A stretch of DNA of 32,000 bases from Polynucleobacter sp. Tro8-14-1. Its GTDB lineage: Bacteria > Pseudomonadota > Gammaproteobacteria > Burkholderiales > Burkholderiaceae. The notes below the pieces were generated by a model. It worked only from the letters and a program-made list of their open reading frames with translations, had not been told where the DNA came from and did not search any database. Both the position numbers and the translations under genes were made by a program. The stretch covers positions 139,772-171,771 of the forward strand of contig NZ_JACVPX010000003.1 in the NCBI RefSeq assembly GCF_018881655.1. The letters are read 5' to 3'. Shown one piece after another: positions 1 through 10,260 of this stretch (positions are counted from its first letter, which is position 1; each line of letters begins with the position of its first letter).

Positions 1-25
1 CATCAATGCAGTGATTTCGTTTAGA

Positions 26-622
26 TCAATGCTCATGTGAATGATCATGATCGCCGTGATGATGGTGAGAGCATCCAGGCCCATGAACATGTGGCTTCTC
101 ATGTTCGGCATACACTTTTTGAGCTAAGGCATAGTCACTATCAAATGTCTCAGCATGACTATGGCGATGTCCACCTCCATACGCACCTGTTTCAGGCTCA
201 AACGGGGCAAATTCATGCTTAGACTCCAACCCCAATTGATGAATCATGCCCTCTAACACTGAGTCAGGCTCAATCCTCAAGAATCCCAAGCCCACCTGAA
301 CAGGAATATGTCGATTACCTAAGTGGTAAGCAGCCCTCATCAGCTGATGTGCGTCGGTAGAGGCAATTGTTATTACCTCTTGATCCGCCGCGGAGATTCG
401 AATCATGGATCCATCATCTGCAATCAAAATATCATCACTTGCCAGCACATTACCTCTTGGCAGAAAAAAGTGTGCCTCGCGACCATCGGAAAGTATTTCT
501 GAAAAACGGCTTTTATTGCGTACCTCAAATGGCAACTTTAGTTCGAGCGCTCTAGCAATAACTGCTTTGGCTAAGCCCTGTCCTTTGGGGATGATTTTCT
601 CAACGCGAATTGGTTCTGACAT
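26..622 (-). CDS. ureE: urease accessory protein UreE (nickel chaperone)
   Basis: 198-aa ORF immediately downstream of ureC. It has UreE-like sequence and a His-rich C-terminal tail ([13 protein letters not shown]). Confidence 0.9.
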   Translation of the reverse strand: MSEPIRVEKIIPKGQGLAKAVIARALELKLPFEVRNKSRFSEILSDGREAHFFLPRGNVLASDDILIADDGSMIRISAADQEVITIASTDAHQLMRAAYHLGNRHIPVQVGLGFLRIEPDSVLEGMIHQLGLESKHEFAPFEPETGAYGGGHRHSHAETFDSDYALAQKVYAEHEKPHVHGPGCSHHHHGDHDHSHEH

Positions 623-630
623 AATTTTTC

Positions 631-2334
631 CTAGAACAAGAAATATCGTTGAGCCATTGGTAATACTTTTGCTGGCTCACAAGTTAATAGTTCGCCATTT
701 GCTATCACTTGGTAGGTTTCTGGATCTACGGAGATATTTGGCTGCCAATCGTTGTGGACCATATCTGCCTTGGTGATAGATCGACAATTCTTTACCACCT
801 CAACTTGCTTCTCTAATCCATAAGCATCGCGAATATTGGCATTCATAGCCGATTGAGAAATGAAAGTTAACGAGCTATGACGTATCCCTTGGCCAATACC
901 CGCAAACATATTTCGGTAATGAACGGGCTGCGGCGTTGGAATAGATGCGTTTGGATCGCCCATAGCCGCTGCCGCAATAGACCCACCCTTTAATATTAAT
1001 GAAGGCTTGACGCCGAAGAAGGCAGGCTTCCAAAATACTAAATCCGCATACTTACCCACCTCAATAGACCCAACAACATGAGAAATGCCATGGGTAATGG
1101 CAGGATTAATGGTGTACTTAGAGATGTAACGCTTGACTCGGAAGTTATCGTGACGATTTGCATCACCCGGAAGCAAACCACGCTGTACTTTCATCTTGTC
1201 AGCAGTTTGCCAGGTACGAATAATTACCTCACCCACACGACCCATCGCTTGAGAATCTGATGAAAGCATCGAGAATGCGCCTAAGTCATGCAAGATATCC
1301 TCAGCAGCGATTGTTTCACGACGAATACGCGATTCTGCAAAGGCAATATCTTCAGCGATAGATGCATCAAGATGATGGCACACCATCAGCATATCCAAAT
1401 GCTCATCTAATGTATTAACCGTAAATGGTCTGGTGGGGTTAGTTGAGGATGGCAATACATTTGACTCGCCACACGCACGAATAATGTCGGGGGCATGACC
1501 GCCGCCAGCGCCCTCGGTGTGATAAGTGTGAATAGTGCGCCCCTTAAATGCAGCTAAGGTAGTTTCAACAAATCCAGACTCATTTAAAGTGTCGGTATGA
1601 ATTGCCACCTGAGTATCAGTTTCATCAGCAACACCCAAACAACAATCAATCGCTGCTGGCGTAGTCCCCCAGTCTTCATGCAACTTCAATCCAATTGCGC
1701 CTGCATCAACTTGCTCTCGTAATCCAGCTGGCAAGCTAGCATTGCCTTTACCCAATAGGCCAATATTCATAGGATATGCATCAATCGATTGCAACATTCT
1801 TTGAATATGCCAAGGACCAGGCGTGCAAGTAGTTGCAAAAGTACCGGTTGCTGGGCCCGTACCGCCACCAATCATGGTGGTTACCCCAGACATTAAAGCC
1901 TCTTCAATTTGCTGCGGACAAATAAAGTGGATATGAGTATCAATACCACCCGCCGTCACTATCATTCCTTCGCCAGCAATAATTTCGGTACCAGGGCCAA
2001 TGACAGAAGTAATCCCCGGTTGAATATCTGGGTTACCAGCCTTACCAATATTAGATATTCTGCCATTTTTAATAGAGATATCAGCTTTGATAATGCCCCA
2101 GTGATCAATGATTACCGCATTGGTAATAACAGTATCGGCACAGTCCTTTGACTCGCGTTGACTTTGGCCCATACCATCACGAATGACTTTACCACCGCCA
2201 AATTTGACTTCTTCGCCATAAATAGTGAGGTCCTTTTCAACCTCAATCATGAGGCCGGTATCCGCTAGTCTTAAACGATCACCTACAGTAGGGCCAAACA
2301 TTTCAGCATAGGCTTGACGACCAATCTTAGCCAT
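631..2334 (-). CDS. ureC: urease alpha (catalytic) subunit
   Basis: 567-aa ORF with canonical urease alpha blocks ([32 protein letters not shown]). Its start overlaps the ureB stop. Confidence 0.97.
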   Translation of the reverse strand: MAKIGRQAYAEMFGPTVGDRLRLADTGLMIEVEKDLTIYGEEVKFGGGKVIRDGMGQSQRESKDCADTVITNAVIIDHWGIIKADISIKNGRISNIGKAGNPDIQPGITSVIGPGTEIIAGEGMIVTAGGIDTHIHFICPQQIEEALMSGVTTMIGGGTGPATGTFATTCTPGPWHIQRMLQSIDAYPMNIGLLGKGNASLPAGLREQVDAGAIGLKLHEDWGTTPAAIDCCLGVADETDTQVAIHTDTLNESGFVETTLAAFKGRTIHTYHTEGAGGGHAPDIIRACGESNVLPSSTNPTRPFTVNTLDEHLDMLMVCHHLDASIAEDIAFAESRIRRETIAAEDILHDLGAFSMLSSDSQAMGRVGEVIIRTWQTADKMKVQRGLLPGDANRHDNFRVKRYISKYTINPAITHGISHVVGSIEVGKYADLVFWKPAFFGVKPSLILKGGSIAAAAMGDPNASIPTPQPVHYRNMFAGIGQGIRHSSLTFISQSAMNANIRDAYGLEKQVEVVKNCRSITKADMVHNDWQPNISVDPETYQVIANGELLTCEPAKVLPMAQRYFLF

Positions 2335-2672
2335 TAGAGGCCCCCCATAACGCGGCCAGCAAAGCCATAAATCTTCTTCTCACCAGCCACCTCTACAAGC
2401 TCAATAGTGCGCTTTTGGCCTGGCTCAAAACGCACAGCAGTTCCTGCAACAATATTTAATCGCATGCCCTTCGTTTTATCGCGATCAAATAACAGGGCAT
2501 CATTTACTTCAAAGAAGTGAAAATGAGAACCAATTTGAATAGGACGATCACCACTATTAGAGACTTCAATTGAAAGTGTTTTTCGGCCAACATTCAATTC
2601 AATATCCCCAGGCTCCACAAACATCTGCCCCGGAATAAAGCGTTGGCTATTTGCACTTGATGGTGTACTCAT
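2334..2672 (-). CDS. ureB: urease beta subunit
   Basis: 112-aa ORF with typical UreB sequence ([16 protein letters not shown]), translationally coupled to ureC. Confidence 0.93.
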   Translation of the reverse strand: MSTPSSANSQRFIPGQMFVEPGDIELNVGRKTLSIEVSNSGDRPIQIGSHFHFFEVNDALLFDRDKTKGMRLNIVAGTAVRFEPGQKRTIELVEVAGEKKIYGFAGRVMGGL

Positions 2673-3301
2673 GTCGAAGCTCCACCAAGCAGCGCAAAGG
2701 AAAGTTGACTGATTAATACCCAGCCATATATCACACTAGCAAACCCAGTCACTCTTGCAAAGATCGCTGTCTTGTCCCTAAGGAGCTTGACCAATAGAGC
2801 GCCTGATAGATGCAAGATCCCTGTCGCCAAAATCAAGCCAGCCATATCTTGTGCTACCAAGGAGGCTCCAAGGGATCCATTTGAAAATAATGCAGCGTGG
2901 GCAAACCCATGAAATATTCCAAAACAACCAATTAAGGCAAGGATTGGATTATTGGAGTACTGGCGCTGTACAAGCAACAATAATCCCATTGCAATTACAG
3001 AAGCAGCGATTCCAAATTCAAAGATATGAAGAGGTAAATTACTTAGGCCAGCAAATACCCCAAGACACATGCCTAATATAAAAACACAAGGCCCAAGCCA
3101 GATTTTTTTCAGCATGAAAGCACTCCAAAATCCTACGAGCACAATGACTAAAAAATGATCAAAGCCACTAAATGGATGCATCAGACCCGATAGAAAACTA
3201 ACCGAAGTTTCATGTCCTGGGTGGGCATAAACCAAATTTGAAGATAGAACCCCGATCAATCCAACAAAAGCTAAAAATATTCTTTTTATATGAAGACTCA
3301 T
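2669..3301 (-). CDS. ureJ: HupE/UreJ family nickel transporter
   Basis: 210-aa multi-pass membrane ORF with a signal-like N-terminus followed by HPGHE. It sits between ureA and ureB, as in several betaproteobacterial urease clusters (from memory). Confidence 0.85.
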   Translation of the reverse strand: MSLHIKRIFLAFVGLIGVLSSNLVYAHPGHETSVSFLSGLMHPFSGFDHFLVIVLVGFWSAFMLKKIWLGPCVFILGMCLGVFAGLSNLPLHIFEFGIAASVIAMGLLLLVQRQYSNNPILALIGCFGIFHGFAHAALFSNGSLGASLVAQDMAGLILATGILHLSGALLVKLLRDKTAIFARVTGFASVIYGWVLISQLSFALLGGAST

Positions 3302-3312
3302 TTGTATTGCTC

Positions 3313-3615
3313 CTAAACAATCGGGTTATGAACTGTGACTAATTTTGTTCCATCAGGGAATGTTGCCTCAATCTGAATATCTGGAATCATTTCTGGAACC
3401 CCTTCCATGACATCTTCGCGACCTAGTATCGCTTGCCCTTCGTGCATCAGTTGTGCGACCGTTTTGCCATCACGCGCACCCTCCATAATCGCAGCGCTAA
3501 TTAAAGCGACTGATTCCGGATAGTTCAACTTGAGGCCTCGAGCCTTTCTGCGCTCCGCTAAGAGTGCCGCTGTGAATATTAGTAATTTATCTTTTTCGCG
3601 TGGAGTTAATTCCAT
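3313..3615 (-). CDS. ureA: urease gamma subunit
   Basis: 100-aa ORF beginning [23 protein letters not shown], the canonical UreA N-terminus. Confidence 0.96.
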   Translation of the reverse strand: MELTPREKDKLLIFTAALLAERRKARGLKLNYPESVALISAAIMEGARDGKTVAQLMHEGQAILGREDVMEGVPEMIPDIQIEATFPDGTKLVTVHNPIV

Positions 3616-3633
3616 ATCTCACCTATAACAATC

Positions 3634-4509
3634 CTAAGAAGCCCAAAGCCGTAATGGCTGAGCTGGCACACCATGAACTATCGGTCTTAATTTAGACCAT
3701 ACATCAATCATAAAATTTCTAGCTATCTCCATATCACTAGAGACTGCCCTCACCAAAAAGACGCCTTGTGGCATCAACGTCACCCCAGCCCGTAATGAAT
3801 CAGTCCAAGGCATCATCTCAGCAAAGGTTTCAACTAAATTAGCTGAGCACCTTGGTCCTACGGCCCATAGAGTTGCACAAACAGGCCAAGACCCTAGTTG
3901 AGGTAAAGATCTGGAGTATTGATCTTCGGCATCTATATGCCCGTTCTCGATCCAAATTAACTTTCCATCACGCCTTATTTCATTGAGCATATGAATGTGG
4001 CCACTAGACCATTCCTCGCCAGAGGCATGGCGTCCTAACATCAGGGCGTCCCAACCAATAAATGAAGCATTCGATGAAAGGCTCATCCTGGTAATAACGT
4101 TAGAGTTTGCGCCTTTAAAAAAAAGATTCTCTTGAGGTAGCCAATCTAATTTTGCATTCTCACCCAGCTCAAATTGAATATTTTGAGTAGCAGGATTTTT
4201 AAATGATTTGTACCATTTAGTGGCACTTGGAGTAGATAGAACCACATGACTACCCTTGCCAACAGCAACCTGGATATCTAAGGTATCTCCGCCTGCGATA
4301 CCTGCTGGCGGGTGAATAATGACAGTGTGGCAAATATCATCACCTTCGGGATATAAAGCTTTTTGAACTCGCAGTGGCCCCTCATGCAAACTTTTCTTTA
4401 GTACAGTGCCAATTACAGTGCGCTCATAAGATAGGCTCAGTTTGGCTAGCCAACTAGGACTTAGAGACCTAAATAGCTGTTTTACTGCGTTATCTGGAGC
4501 CAAAAACAT
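3634..4509 (-). CDS. ureD: urease accessory protein UreD
   Basis: 291-aa ORF at the head of the ure genes. It has a UreD-like block (GPLRVQKALYPEGDDICHTVIIHPPAGIAGGD). Confidence 0.88.
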   Translation of the reverse strand: MFLAPDNAVKQLFRSLSPSWLAKLSLSYERTVIGTVLKKSLHEGPLRVQKALYPEGDDICHTVIIHPPAGIAGGDTLDIQVAVGKGSHVVLSTPSATKWYKSFKNPATQNIQFELGENAKLDWLPQENLFFKGANSNVITRMSLSSNASFIGWDALMLGRHASGEEWSSGHIHMLNEIRRDGKLIWIENGHIDAEDQYSRSLPQLGSWPVCATLWAVGPRCSANLVETFAEMMPWTDSLRAGVTLMPQGVFLVRAVSSDMEIARNFMIDVWSKLRPIVHGVPAQPLRLWAS

Positions 4510-4544
4510 ATGGGTAAACTATTTTAGTGAATTCAGCATCCACT

Positions 4545-5237
4545 TTAAACCGAAATCATCTCCTGAACACCATTGAGATCCATATCAGCACCTTTGCCTT
4601 GCGCGACGACTTCACCGCGGCGCATCACGATATAGTTATCTGAGAGCTCTTTTGCAAAGTCGTAATACTGCTCTACTAATAAAACAGTGATGCCCATCTC
4701 ATCGACTAATTTACGAAGACAGCGCCCAATGTCCTGAATGATAGATGGCTGGATACCCTCGGTAGGCTCATCCAAAATGATCAACTCTGGCTGAGACATC
4801 AATGCACGCCCAATTGCTAACTGCTGTTGTTGGCCACCTGACAAATCACCGCCCCGACGCGCCTTCATATCCGACAGAATTGGAAATAGCTCGTAAATAT
4901 ATCCAGGGATATTTTTTGGGCTTGAGAATTTTGCCGCTCCAATGAGCAAGTTTTCTTCGACTGTGAGTCTTGGGAAAATTTCTCGACCCTGAGGAACATA
5001 GGCAAATCCACCGTCCACCCGAGACCACGGGGGTAGATTGGCCAATTCTTTTCCATCCCAAGCAATCGAGCCAGTCTTTACTTTCACCACACCCATGAGC
5101 GATTTGAGCAAAGTGGTTTTGCCAACGCCATTTCGCCCAAGCAAACTGGTTAATTGACCTTTGGGGACTTCAAAATTCACATTACGCAAAATATGGCTTC
5201 CGCCATAATATTGATTGAGATCTTTGACGATAAGCAT
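4545..5237 (-). CDS. urtE: urea ABC transporter ATP-binding protein UrtE
   Basis: 230-aa ABC ATPase (Walker A GRNGVGKTT, signature LSGGQQQ, Walker B LIILDEP). It is the last gene of a five-gene branched-chain-type transporter adjacent to urease. Confidence 0.9.
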   Translation of the reverse strand: MLIVKDLNQYYGGSHILRNVNFEVPKGQLTSLLGRNGVGKTTLLKSLMGVVKVKTGSIAWDGKELANLPPWSRVDGGFAYVPQGREIFPRLTVEENLLIGAAKFSSPKNIPGYIYELFPILSDMKARRGGDLSGGQQQQLAIGRALMSQPELIILDEPTEGIQPSIIQDIGRCLRKLVDEMGITVLLVEQYYDFAKELSDNYIVMRRGEVVAQGKGADMDLNGVQEMISV

Positions 5238-5239
5238 GA

Positions 5240-6037
5240 TTAACGCCCTAAATACGATTCGATTACGCGTTCATCACGCTTTACTTCATCCAAAGTGCCC
5301 TCGGCTAGAACTGAACCTTCAGCCAATACAGTCACCTTACCTTTTGGGCCCGCTAAAGCAGCAACAAATTCCATATCATGCTCAACTACCATCATCGAGC
5401 ATTGACCACGTAATGAATTTAGAAGCTCAGCTAAGCGCATTGTTTCTTCGTCCGTCATCCCTGCAACGGGCTCATCAAGCAATAACAGCTTGGGCTGCTG
5501 CATTAGAAGCATACCAATCTCTAAGCGTTGCTTTTGACCGTGAGAAAGAAGGCCAGCTTCACGATAAGCTTCTGACTCTAACTGTGTAAGGGCAAGCACT
5601 GATTCCATCAAACGACGGCCCTCTAGATCTACTTTAGCAATCAAGGAGTGATGCCATGATTTATCTCCAGCCATTGCCAATTCAAGATTTTCCCAAACAG
5701 GGTGATGCTCAAATACCGTGGGCTTTTGAAATTTACGGCCAACGCCAATTTGGGCAATTTGTGGCTCGTTCATGGTCATAAGATCAATGGTCGAACCTAA
5801 ATAAACGGAGCCATCAATATCGGCAATGTTAGAGCGAGTTTTACCGGTAATGACATCCATTAAGGTAGTCTTACCGGCGCCATTGGGCCCAATCACACAG
5901 CGCAGTTCGCCGACATCAATCGTCAATGACAATTTATTAATGGCCTGAAAACCGTCAAAATTGACCGATAGATCATCCACATAGAGGATTCCAGTATGAG
6001 AAGTATCGATTCCCTTCTCAAGAAAGTGAGCGCTCAT
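5240..6037 (-). CDS. urtD: urea ABC transporter ATP-binding protein UrtD
   Basis: 265-aa ABC ATPase (GPNGAGKTT, LSHGQKQ, LLLLDEP) at the fourth position of the urt operon. Confidence 0.9.
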   Translation of the reverse strand: MSAHFLEKGIDTSHTGILYVDDLSVNFDGFQAINKLSLTIDVGELRCVIGPNGAGKTTLMDVITGKTRSNIADIDGSVYLGSTIDLMTMNEPQIAQIGVGRKFQKPTVFEHHPVWENLELAMAGDKSWHHSLIAKVDLEGRRLMESVLALTQLESEAYREAGLLSHGQKQRLEIGMLLMQQPKLLLLDEPVAGMTDEETMRLAELLNSLRGQCSMMVVEHDMEFVAALAGPKGKVTVLAEGSVLAEGTLDEVKRDERVIESYLGR

Positions 6038-7185
6038 TTTGACCCACCCTTCTTAACAACCAATTTGTGATAGATACCCAGCAATCCATTCGGTAGAAAC
6101 AAGGTCACCAATACAAACATCATTCCTAAGAAAAACAGCCAATATTCTGCAAAGTTAGTGGTAAAAAAACTCTTAGCCCCGCTCACCGCAAATGCGCCAA
6201 TAATTGGACCTAGCAAGGTGCCGCGGCCACCTACTGCTACCCAGATCGCCATCTCAATCGAGTTTGTTGGAGACATCTCTCCAGGATTAATGATGCCCAC
6301 CTGCGGAACGAATAAAGCTCCAGCAATGGCGCATAGGATGGCAGATAGAACCCAAATAAAGAGTTTGTAACCTAAGGGGTTGTACCCACAAAACATCAAA
6401 CGAGATTCTGCATCCCGTACCGCTGTAATCACCCTTCCCATTTTTGAGGTCACCAGGGCTCGGCAAAGAATAAAACTGCCCAACAGGACTAAGAAGGTAA
6501 CAATGAAAAGTGTGACGCGAGTACTTGGCGCGCTGATGGAGTAACCCAATATCCGCTTAAAGTCCGTGAAACCATTGTTGCCACCAAAGCCCGTTTCATT
6601 CCTAAAGAAAAGAAGCATAGCGGCATATGTTAAGGCTTGGGTAATGATGGAGAAGTAAACCCCTTTAATTCTGGAGCGAAAAGCAAAGTATCCAAACACC
6701 CAAGAAATCGCTCCAGGAACCAGAATCAACATCAAAAGCATCCACCAGAAATGATCGCTCCCTTTCCAAAACCAAGGTAACTCTTTCCAGTCTAAGAAAA
6801 CCATGAAGTCAGGTAATTCGCTTTTGTATACACCTTCAGTTCCTATCTGGCGCATGAGATACATGCCCATGATGTAACCGCCAATAGCAAAGAACAATCC
6901 ATGCCCCAAACTCAATATTCCGCAATAACCCCAAACCAAATCAAGCGCTAAGGCCGCAATTGCAAAGCACATAATCTTGCCAATTAAACTAAGCGCATAA
7001 GCAGACATGTAGAACATACTAGTCTCGGGAACCAGCAAAGAAAATATTGGCACACCAATTAATACGCACAGTGTCAATGCTGCTAAGGCAATATAGGCAC
7101 GCTTGCTGAGTATGGATTCACGCTCAGGAATTGCCAAACTAAAGCTAGATGAAGGAGCAAGCTTTCTAATATCCATATTAATCAA
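6034..7185 (-). CDS. urtC: urea ABC transporter permease UrtC
   Basis: 383-aa polytopic LivM-like permease, overlapping both urtB and urtD. Confidence 0.88.
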   Translation of the reverse strand: MINMDIRKLAPSSSFSLAIPERESILSKRAYIALAALTLCVLIGVPIFSLLVPETSMFYMSAYALSLIGKIMCFAIAALALDLVWGYCGILSLGHGLFFAIGGYIMGMYLMRQIGTEGVYKSELPDFMVFLDWKELPWFWKGSDHFWWMLLMLILVPGAISWVFGYFAFRSRIKGVYFSIITQALTYAAMLLFFRNETGFGGNNGFTDFKRILGYSISAPSTRVTLFIVTFLVLLGSFILCRALVTSKMGRVITAVRDAESRLMFCGYNPLGYKLFIWVLSAILCAIAGALFVPQVGIINPGEMSPTNSIEMAIWVAVGGRGTLLGPIIGAFAVSGAKSFFTTNFAEYWLFFLGMMFVLVTLFLPNGLLGIYHKLVVKKGGSK

Positions 7186-8761
7186 CGCTCCTGCCTTTCA
7201 GTGCGAAGAGGCCTTGAGGACGTCTTTGGATAAAAATAATAATGAATACTAAGATAGCAATCTTGGCCAATACGGCACCAATAAATGGCTCTAATAATTT
7301 GCTGGTGATACCAAGTCCAAATGCACCATAAATAGTGCCTGCAAGCTGACCTACTCCACCGAGTACCACCACCATGAAGGAATCAACAATATAGCTTTGA
7401 CCAAGATCGGGACCTACGTTACCAATCTGTGAGAGGGCTACACCACCAAGACCGGCAATGCCTGCGCCAAATGCAAAGGCATACATATCCACGCGCACTG
7501 TTTTGACACCCACGCATGCAGCCATATTCCGGTTTTGAGTAACCGCCCTGACGAAAAGCCCTAGACGAGTTTTGTTTAATACTAGCCAAGTCACGATTAC
7601 TACCGCAATCGCAAAAGCAAAAATAATGATCCGGTTATAGGGCACAACCAAGTTAGGTAGTACCTGCATGGCACCAGACATCCACGTTGGATTAGCCACC
7701 TCGACATTTTGAGCGCCAAAAATAGTTCTGGTCATCTGAATCATCAGCAAACTGACGCCAAAGGTGGCTAATAAGGTTTCTAGCGGACGACCATATAAAA
7801 ATTTAATGACCGTTCTTTCGATCAAAATACCCACTAAGGCGGCGGCAATAAAAGCAACCGGCAAAGCGAATAACAAATACCAATCTAAATAGCCAGGAGC
7901 ATATTGCCTGAAAAATCCCTGCACAACATAAGTTGCATAAGCACCAACCATCAGGAACTCGCCATGCGCCATATTGATGACGCCAATCAAGCCATAAGTA
8001 ATCGCCAAGCCCAAAGCGCAAAGTAACAAAATACTTCCATAACTAAACCCAGCGATCACATTACCCAGGATTTCGCCGCTAAACTCAGACTTCTTAATTT
8101 TGGCTAAAGCCTTTTCAGCCGCCTCTTGCACTGGGCCACCCTCTTTTGCCAAAGGCGCCAGCAATGCAGCAACTTGTGGATCACCACTATCGCCTAAGAG
8201 TTCAATTGCCTTTAGTTTTGATTCTTGATTGTCATATTGCAAAGCAAGGAGCGCCCAGAGCTTCTGTACTTTTGGCTTGAGCGCAGGATCCTTTTCGGTA
8301 GCCAGTAAGTTTTCAACCAATGGGAAGGTGTCTGGCTCGGGATCCTTGATTAAAGAGTCGACTGCCTTAGCGCGAATCTGTGGATCTGCAGAAGCTAGCT
8401 GTAAACCTAGCAAGGCATTATCAACTTTACCGCGCAGTTGATTATTCAGAATAACGTCTTGCAGTTCATCCGGCTTGACTGAAACACTTAGTCCGGTTAA
8501 GGGATCTAAATATTGATCGCCCTTTTGAACTACAACACCTTGGGGCGACAAGAAAAGGCTTTCTGCACTGAGAGCCTGAAGAATTTCTAAGGCTTCGGGA
8601 CTACCTTCTTTAGGTAAATTTTGGACCACTTTAACTTTGGCATCAAAGTTATCACTAAACAGGGGCTTTAAATCTGCAACATTAATTTTTGCAAAAGTAA
8701 TCCCACATGCCAATACACAAGCAGCAGAAAGGATTAGTTTTGAAAAGATTAGAAATTTCAT
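7178..8761 (-). CDS. urtB: urea ABC transporter permease UrtB with long N-terminal periplasmic extension
   Basis: 527-aa ORF. The C-terminal ~300 aa form a LivH-like permease. The N-terminal ~230 aa carry a signal peptide plus Asp-Pro-containing helical repeats (DPQIRAKAV, DPALKPKV, DPQVAALL). Confidence 0.88.
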   Translation of the reverse strand: MKFLIFSKLILSAACVLACGITFAKINVADLKPLFSDNFDAKVKVVQNLPKEGSPEALEILQALSAESLFLSPQGVVVQKGDQYLDPLTGLSVSVKPDELQDVILNNQLRGKVDNALLGLQLASADPQIRAKAVDSLIKDPEPDTFPLVENLLATEKDPALKPKVQKLWALLALQYDNQESKLKAIELLGDSGDPQVAALLAPLAKEGGPVQEAAEKALAKIKKSEFSGEILGNVIAGFSYGSILLLCALGLAITYGLIGVINMAHGEFLMVGAYATYVVQGFFRQYAPGYLDWYLLFALPVAFIAAALVGILIERTVIKFLYGRPLETLLATFGVSLLMIQMTRTIFGAQNVEVANPTWMSGAMQVLPNLVVPYNRIIIFAFAIAVVIVTWLVLNKTRLGLFVRAVTQNRNMAACVGVKTVRVDMYAFAFGAGIAGLGGVALSQIGNVGPDLGQSYIVDSFMVVVLGGVGQLAGTIYGAFGLGITSKLLEPFIGAVLAKIAILVFIIIFIQRRPQGLFALKGRSVD

Positions 8762-8812
8762 GGTGATTGTGAAAACCCTCCCCCAATTGAGGGAGGGTAT
8801 TTCTATTGAAAA

Positions 8813-10072
8813 TTACTGTACTGAATCAGGCTTGCCTGCATTACCGTCGATATACTGACTCCATGGTTTGGCTGGAATAGCTGTTGGAGTTTTGTAGATT
8901 ACGTTGAATTGTCCGTCTGCCTTGATTTCACCAATCATGACCGGCTTAGATAAATGGTGATTAGCACCCATCACCTCAAGATAACCACTTGGAGTGTTAA
9001 GTTTTTGACCAATCATTGCCTTACGAACAGCATCAACATCGGTTGTGCCCGCTTTCTCAACAGCCGCTTTCCACATCAAGATACCGGTACGACTAGCCTC
9101 CATTGGGTCATCTGTCAAAGGCTTGCTAGCCCCTGGCAACTTTCTCTCTACAGAGTAAGCAGCCCACTGTTTTTTCCACTCGTCATTAACTGGGTTCTTA
9201 ACTGACATGAAGTAATTCCATGCAGCCAATTGACCTACCAACGGCTTGGTATCAACGCCACGCAATTCCTCTTCACCAACAGAGAATGCCACTACTGGAA
9301 CATCTTTCGCTTTCAAGCCTGCATTACCCAATTCTTTATAGAAAGGAACGTTTGAGTCGCCGTTAATAGTAGAAACAACTGCTGTCTTGCCGCCTTGAGA
9401 GAACTTCTTGATATTGGCAACAATAGTTTGATAGTCTGAGTGGCCAAATGGTGTATATGTTTCTTGAATATCATCATCTTTAACGCCTTTAGATTTCAAG
9501 AATGCACGCAAGATCTTATTGGTTGTGCGTGGATATACATAGTCAGTACCCAAAAGCACCCAACGCTTAGCCCCGCCACCTTCTTTACTCATCAAGTACT
9601 CAACCGCTGGAATAGCCTGTTGATTTGGCGCTGCGCCAGTGTAGAAAACGTTACGAGACATTTCTTCGCCTTCGTACTGCACGGGGTAAAAGAGTAAGCC
9701 ATTGAGCTCTTCAAAAACTGGCAGTACAGATTTACGTGATACGGAAGTCCAGCAGCCAAAAACAACCGAAACCTTATCTTTAGTTAAAAGCTGTCGAGCC
9801 TTTTCAGCAAATAATGGCCAATTGGAAGCTGGATCAACTACTACTGGCTCTAATTTACGACCCAATACGCCGCCGCTTTTATTAATCTGGTCAATCACCA
9901 TCAAATCCATATCTTTAAGTGATGTTTCAGAGATTGCCATTGTTCCGGATAGTGAATGCAAAATACCAACCTTAATTGGCTCCTTGCTTTGAGCCATCGC
10001 CAAATGACTTAAACCTGTAAAACTCAAAGCCGCAGCCAAAGCTGACAACTTCAAAATTGATCTACGCTTCAT
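8813..10072 (-). CDS. urtA: urea ABC transporter substrate-binding protein UrtA
   Basis: 419-aa ORF with a signal peptide and LivJ/amide-binding-type periplasmic protein sequence. It is the first gene of the urt operon. Confidence 0.9.
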   Translation of the reverse strand: MKRRSILKLSALAAALSFTGLSHLAMAQSKEPIKVGILHSLSGTMAISETSLKDMDLMVIDQINKSGGVLGRKLEPVVVDPASNWPLFAEKARQLLTKDKVSVVFGCWTSVSRKSVLPVFEELNGLLFYPVQYEGEEMSRNVFYTGAAPNQQAIPAVEYLMSKEGGGAKRWVLLGTDYVYPRTTNKILRAFLKSKGVKDDDIQETYTPFGHSDYQTIVANIKKFSQGGKTAVVSTINGDSNVPFYKELGNAGLKAKDVPVVAFSVGEEELRGVDTKPLVGQLAAWNYFMSVKNPVNDEWKKQWAAYSVERKLPGASKPLTDDPMEASRTGILMWKAAVEKAGTTDVDAVRKAMIGQKLNTPSGYLEVMGANHHLSKPVMIGEIKADGQFNVIYKTPTAIPAKPWSQYIDGNAGKPDSVQ

Positions 10073-10260
10073 GTCTCACCTCTTGAGTAAATTAATCAGT
10101 TGGGCACATATAACCACTGCCTGCATTGATTAGAGGATGTTTCATGTTGGTGCAAATTCAAATAATCACCAAAACAGAGCGCCTGCACCAAAATAAAGCG
10201 TCATCAAATTAAGAATTGCACTAAGAATAGGAATTTATGCCATTACAAAGGGGATACTAC

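Noticed and set aside
1-25. Possible start of ureF at the left window edge
   Set aside because: Only a few nucleotides are visible, so it cannot be supported from this window.
1078-9992. Short plus-strand ORFs (60-96 aa) inside ureC, ureJ, urtE, urtD, urtC, urtB and urtA
   Set aside because: They are antisense to long, well-supported genes, have no motifs and show low-complexity translations. They are typical shadow ORFs.
10073-10146. A sigma-54 (GG-N10-GC) promoter upstream of urtA
   Set aside because: The best candidate on the minus strand (TGGTTATATGTGCC) has the GG and GC elements two nucleotides too close together. It is not supported.
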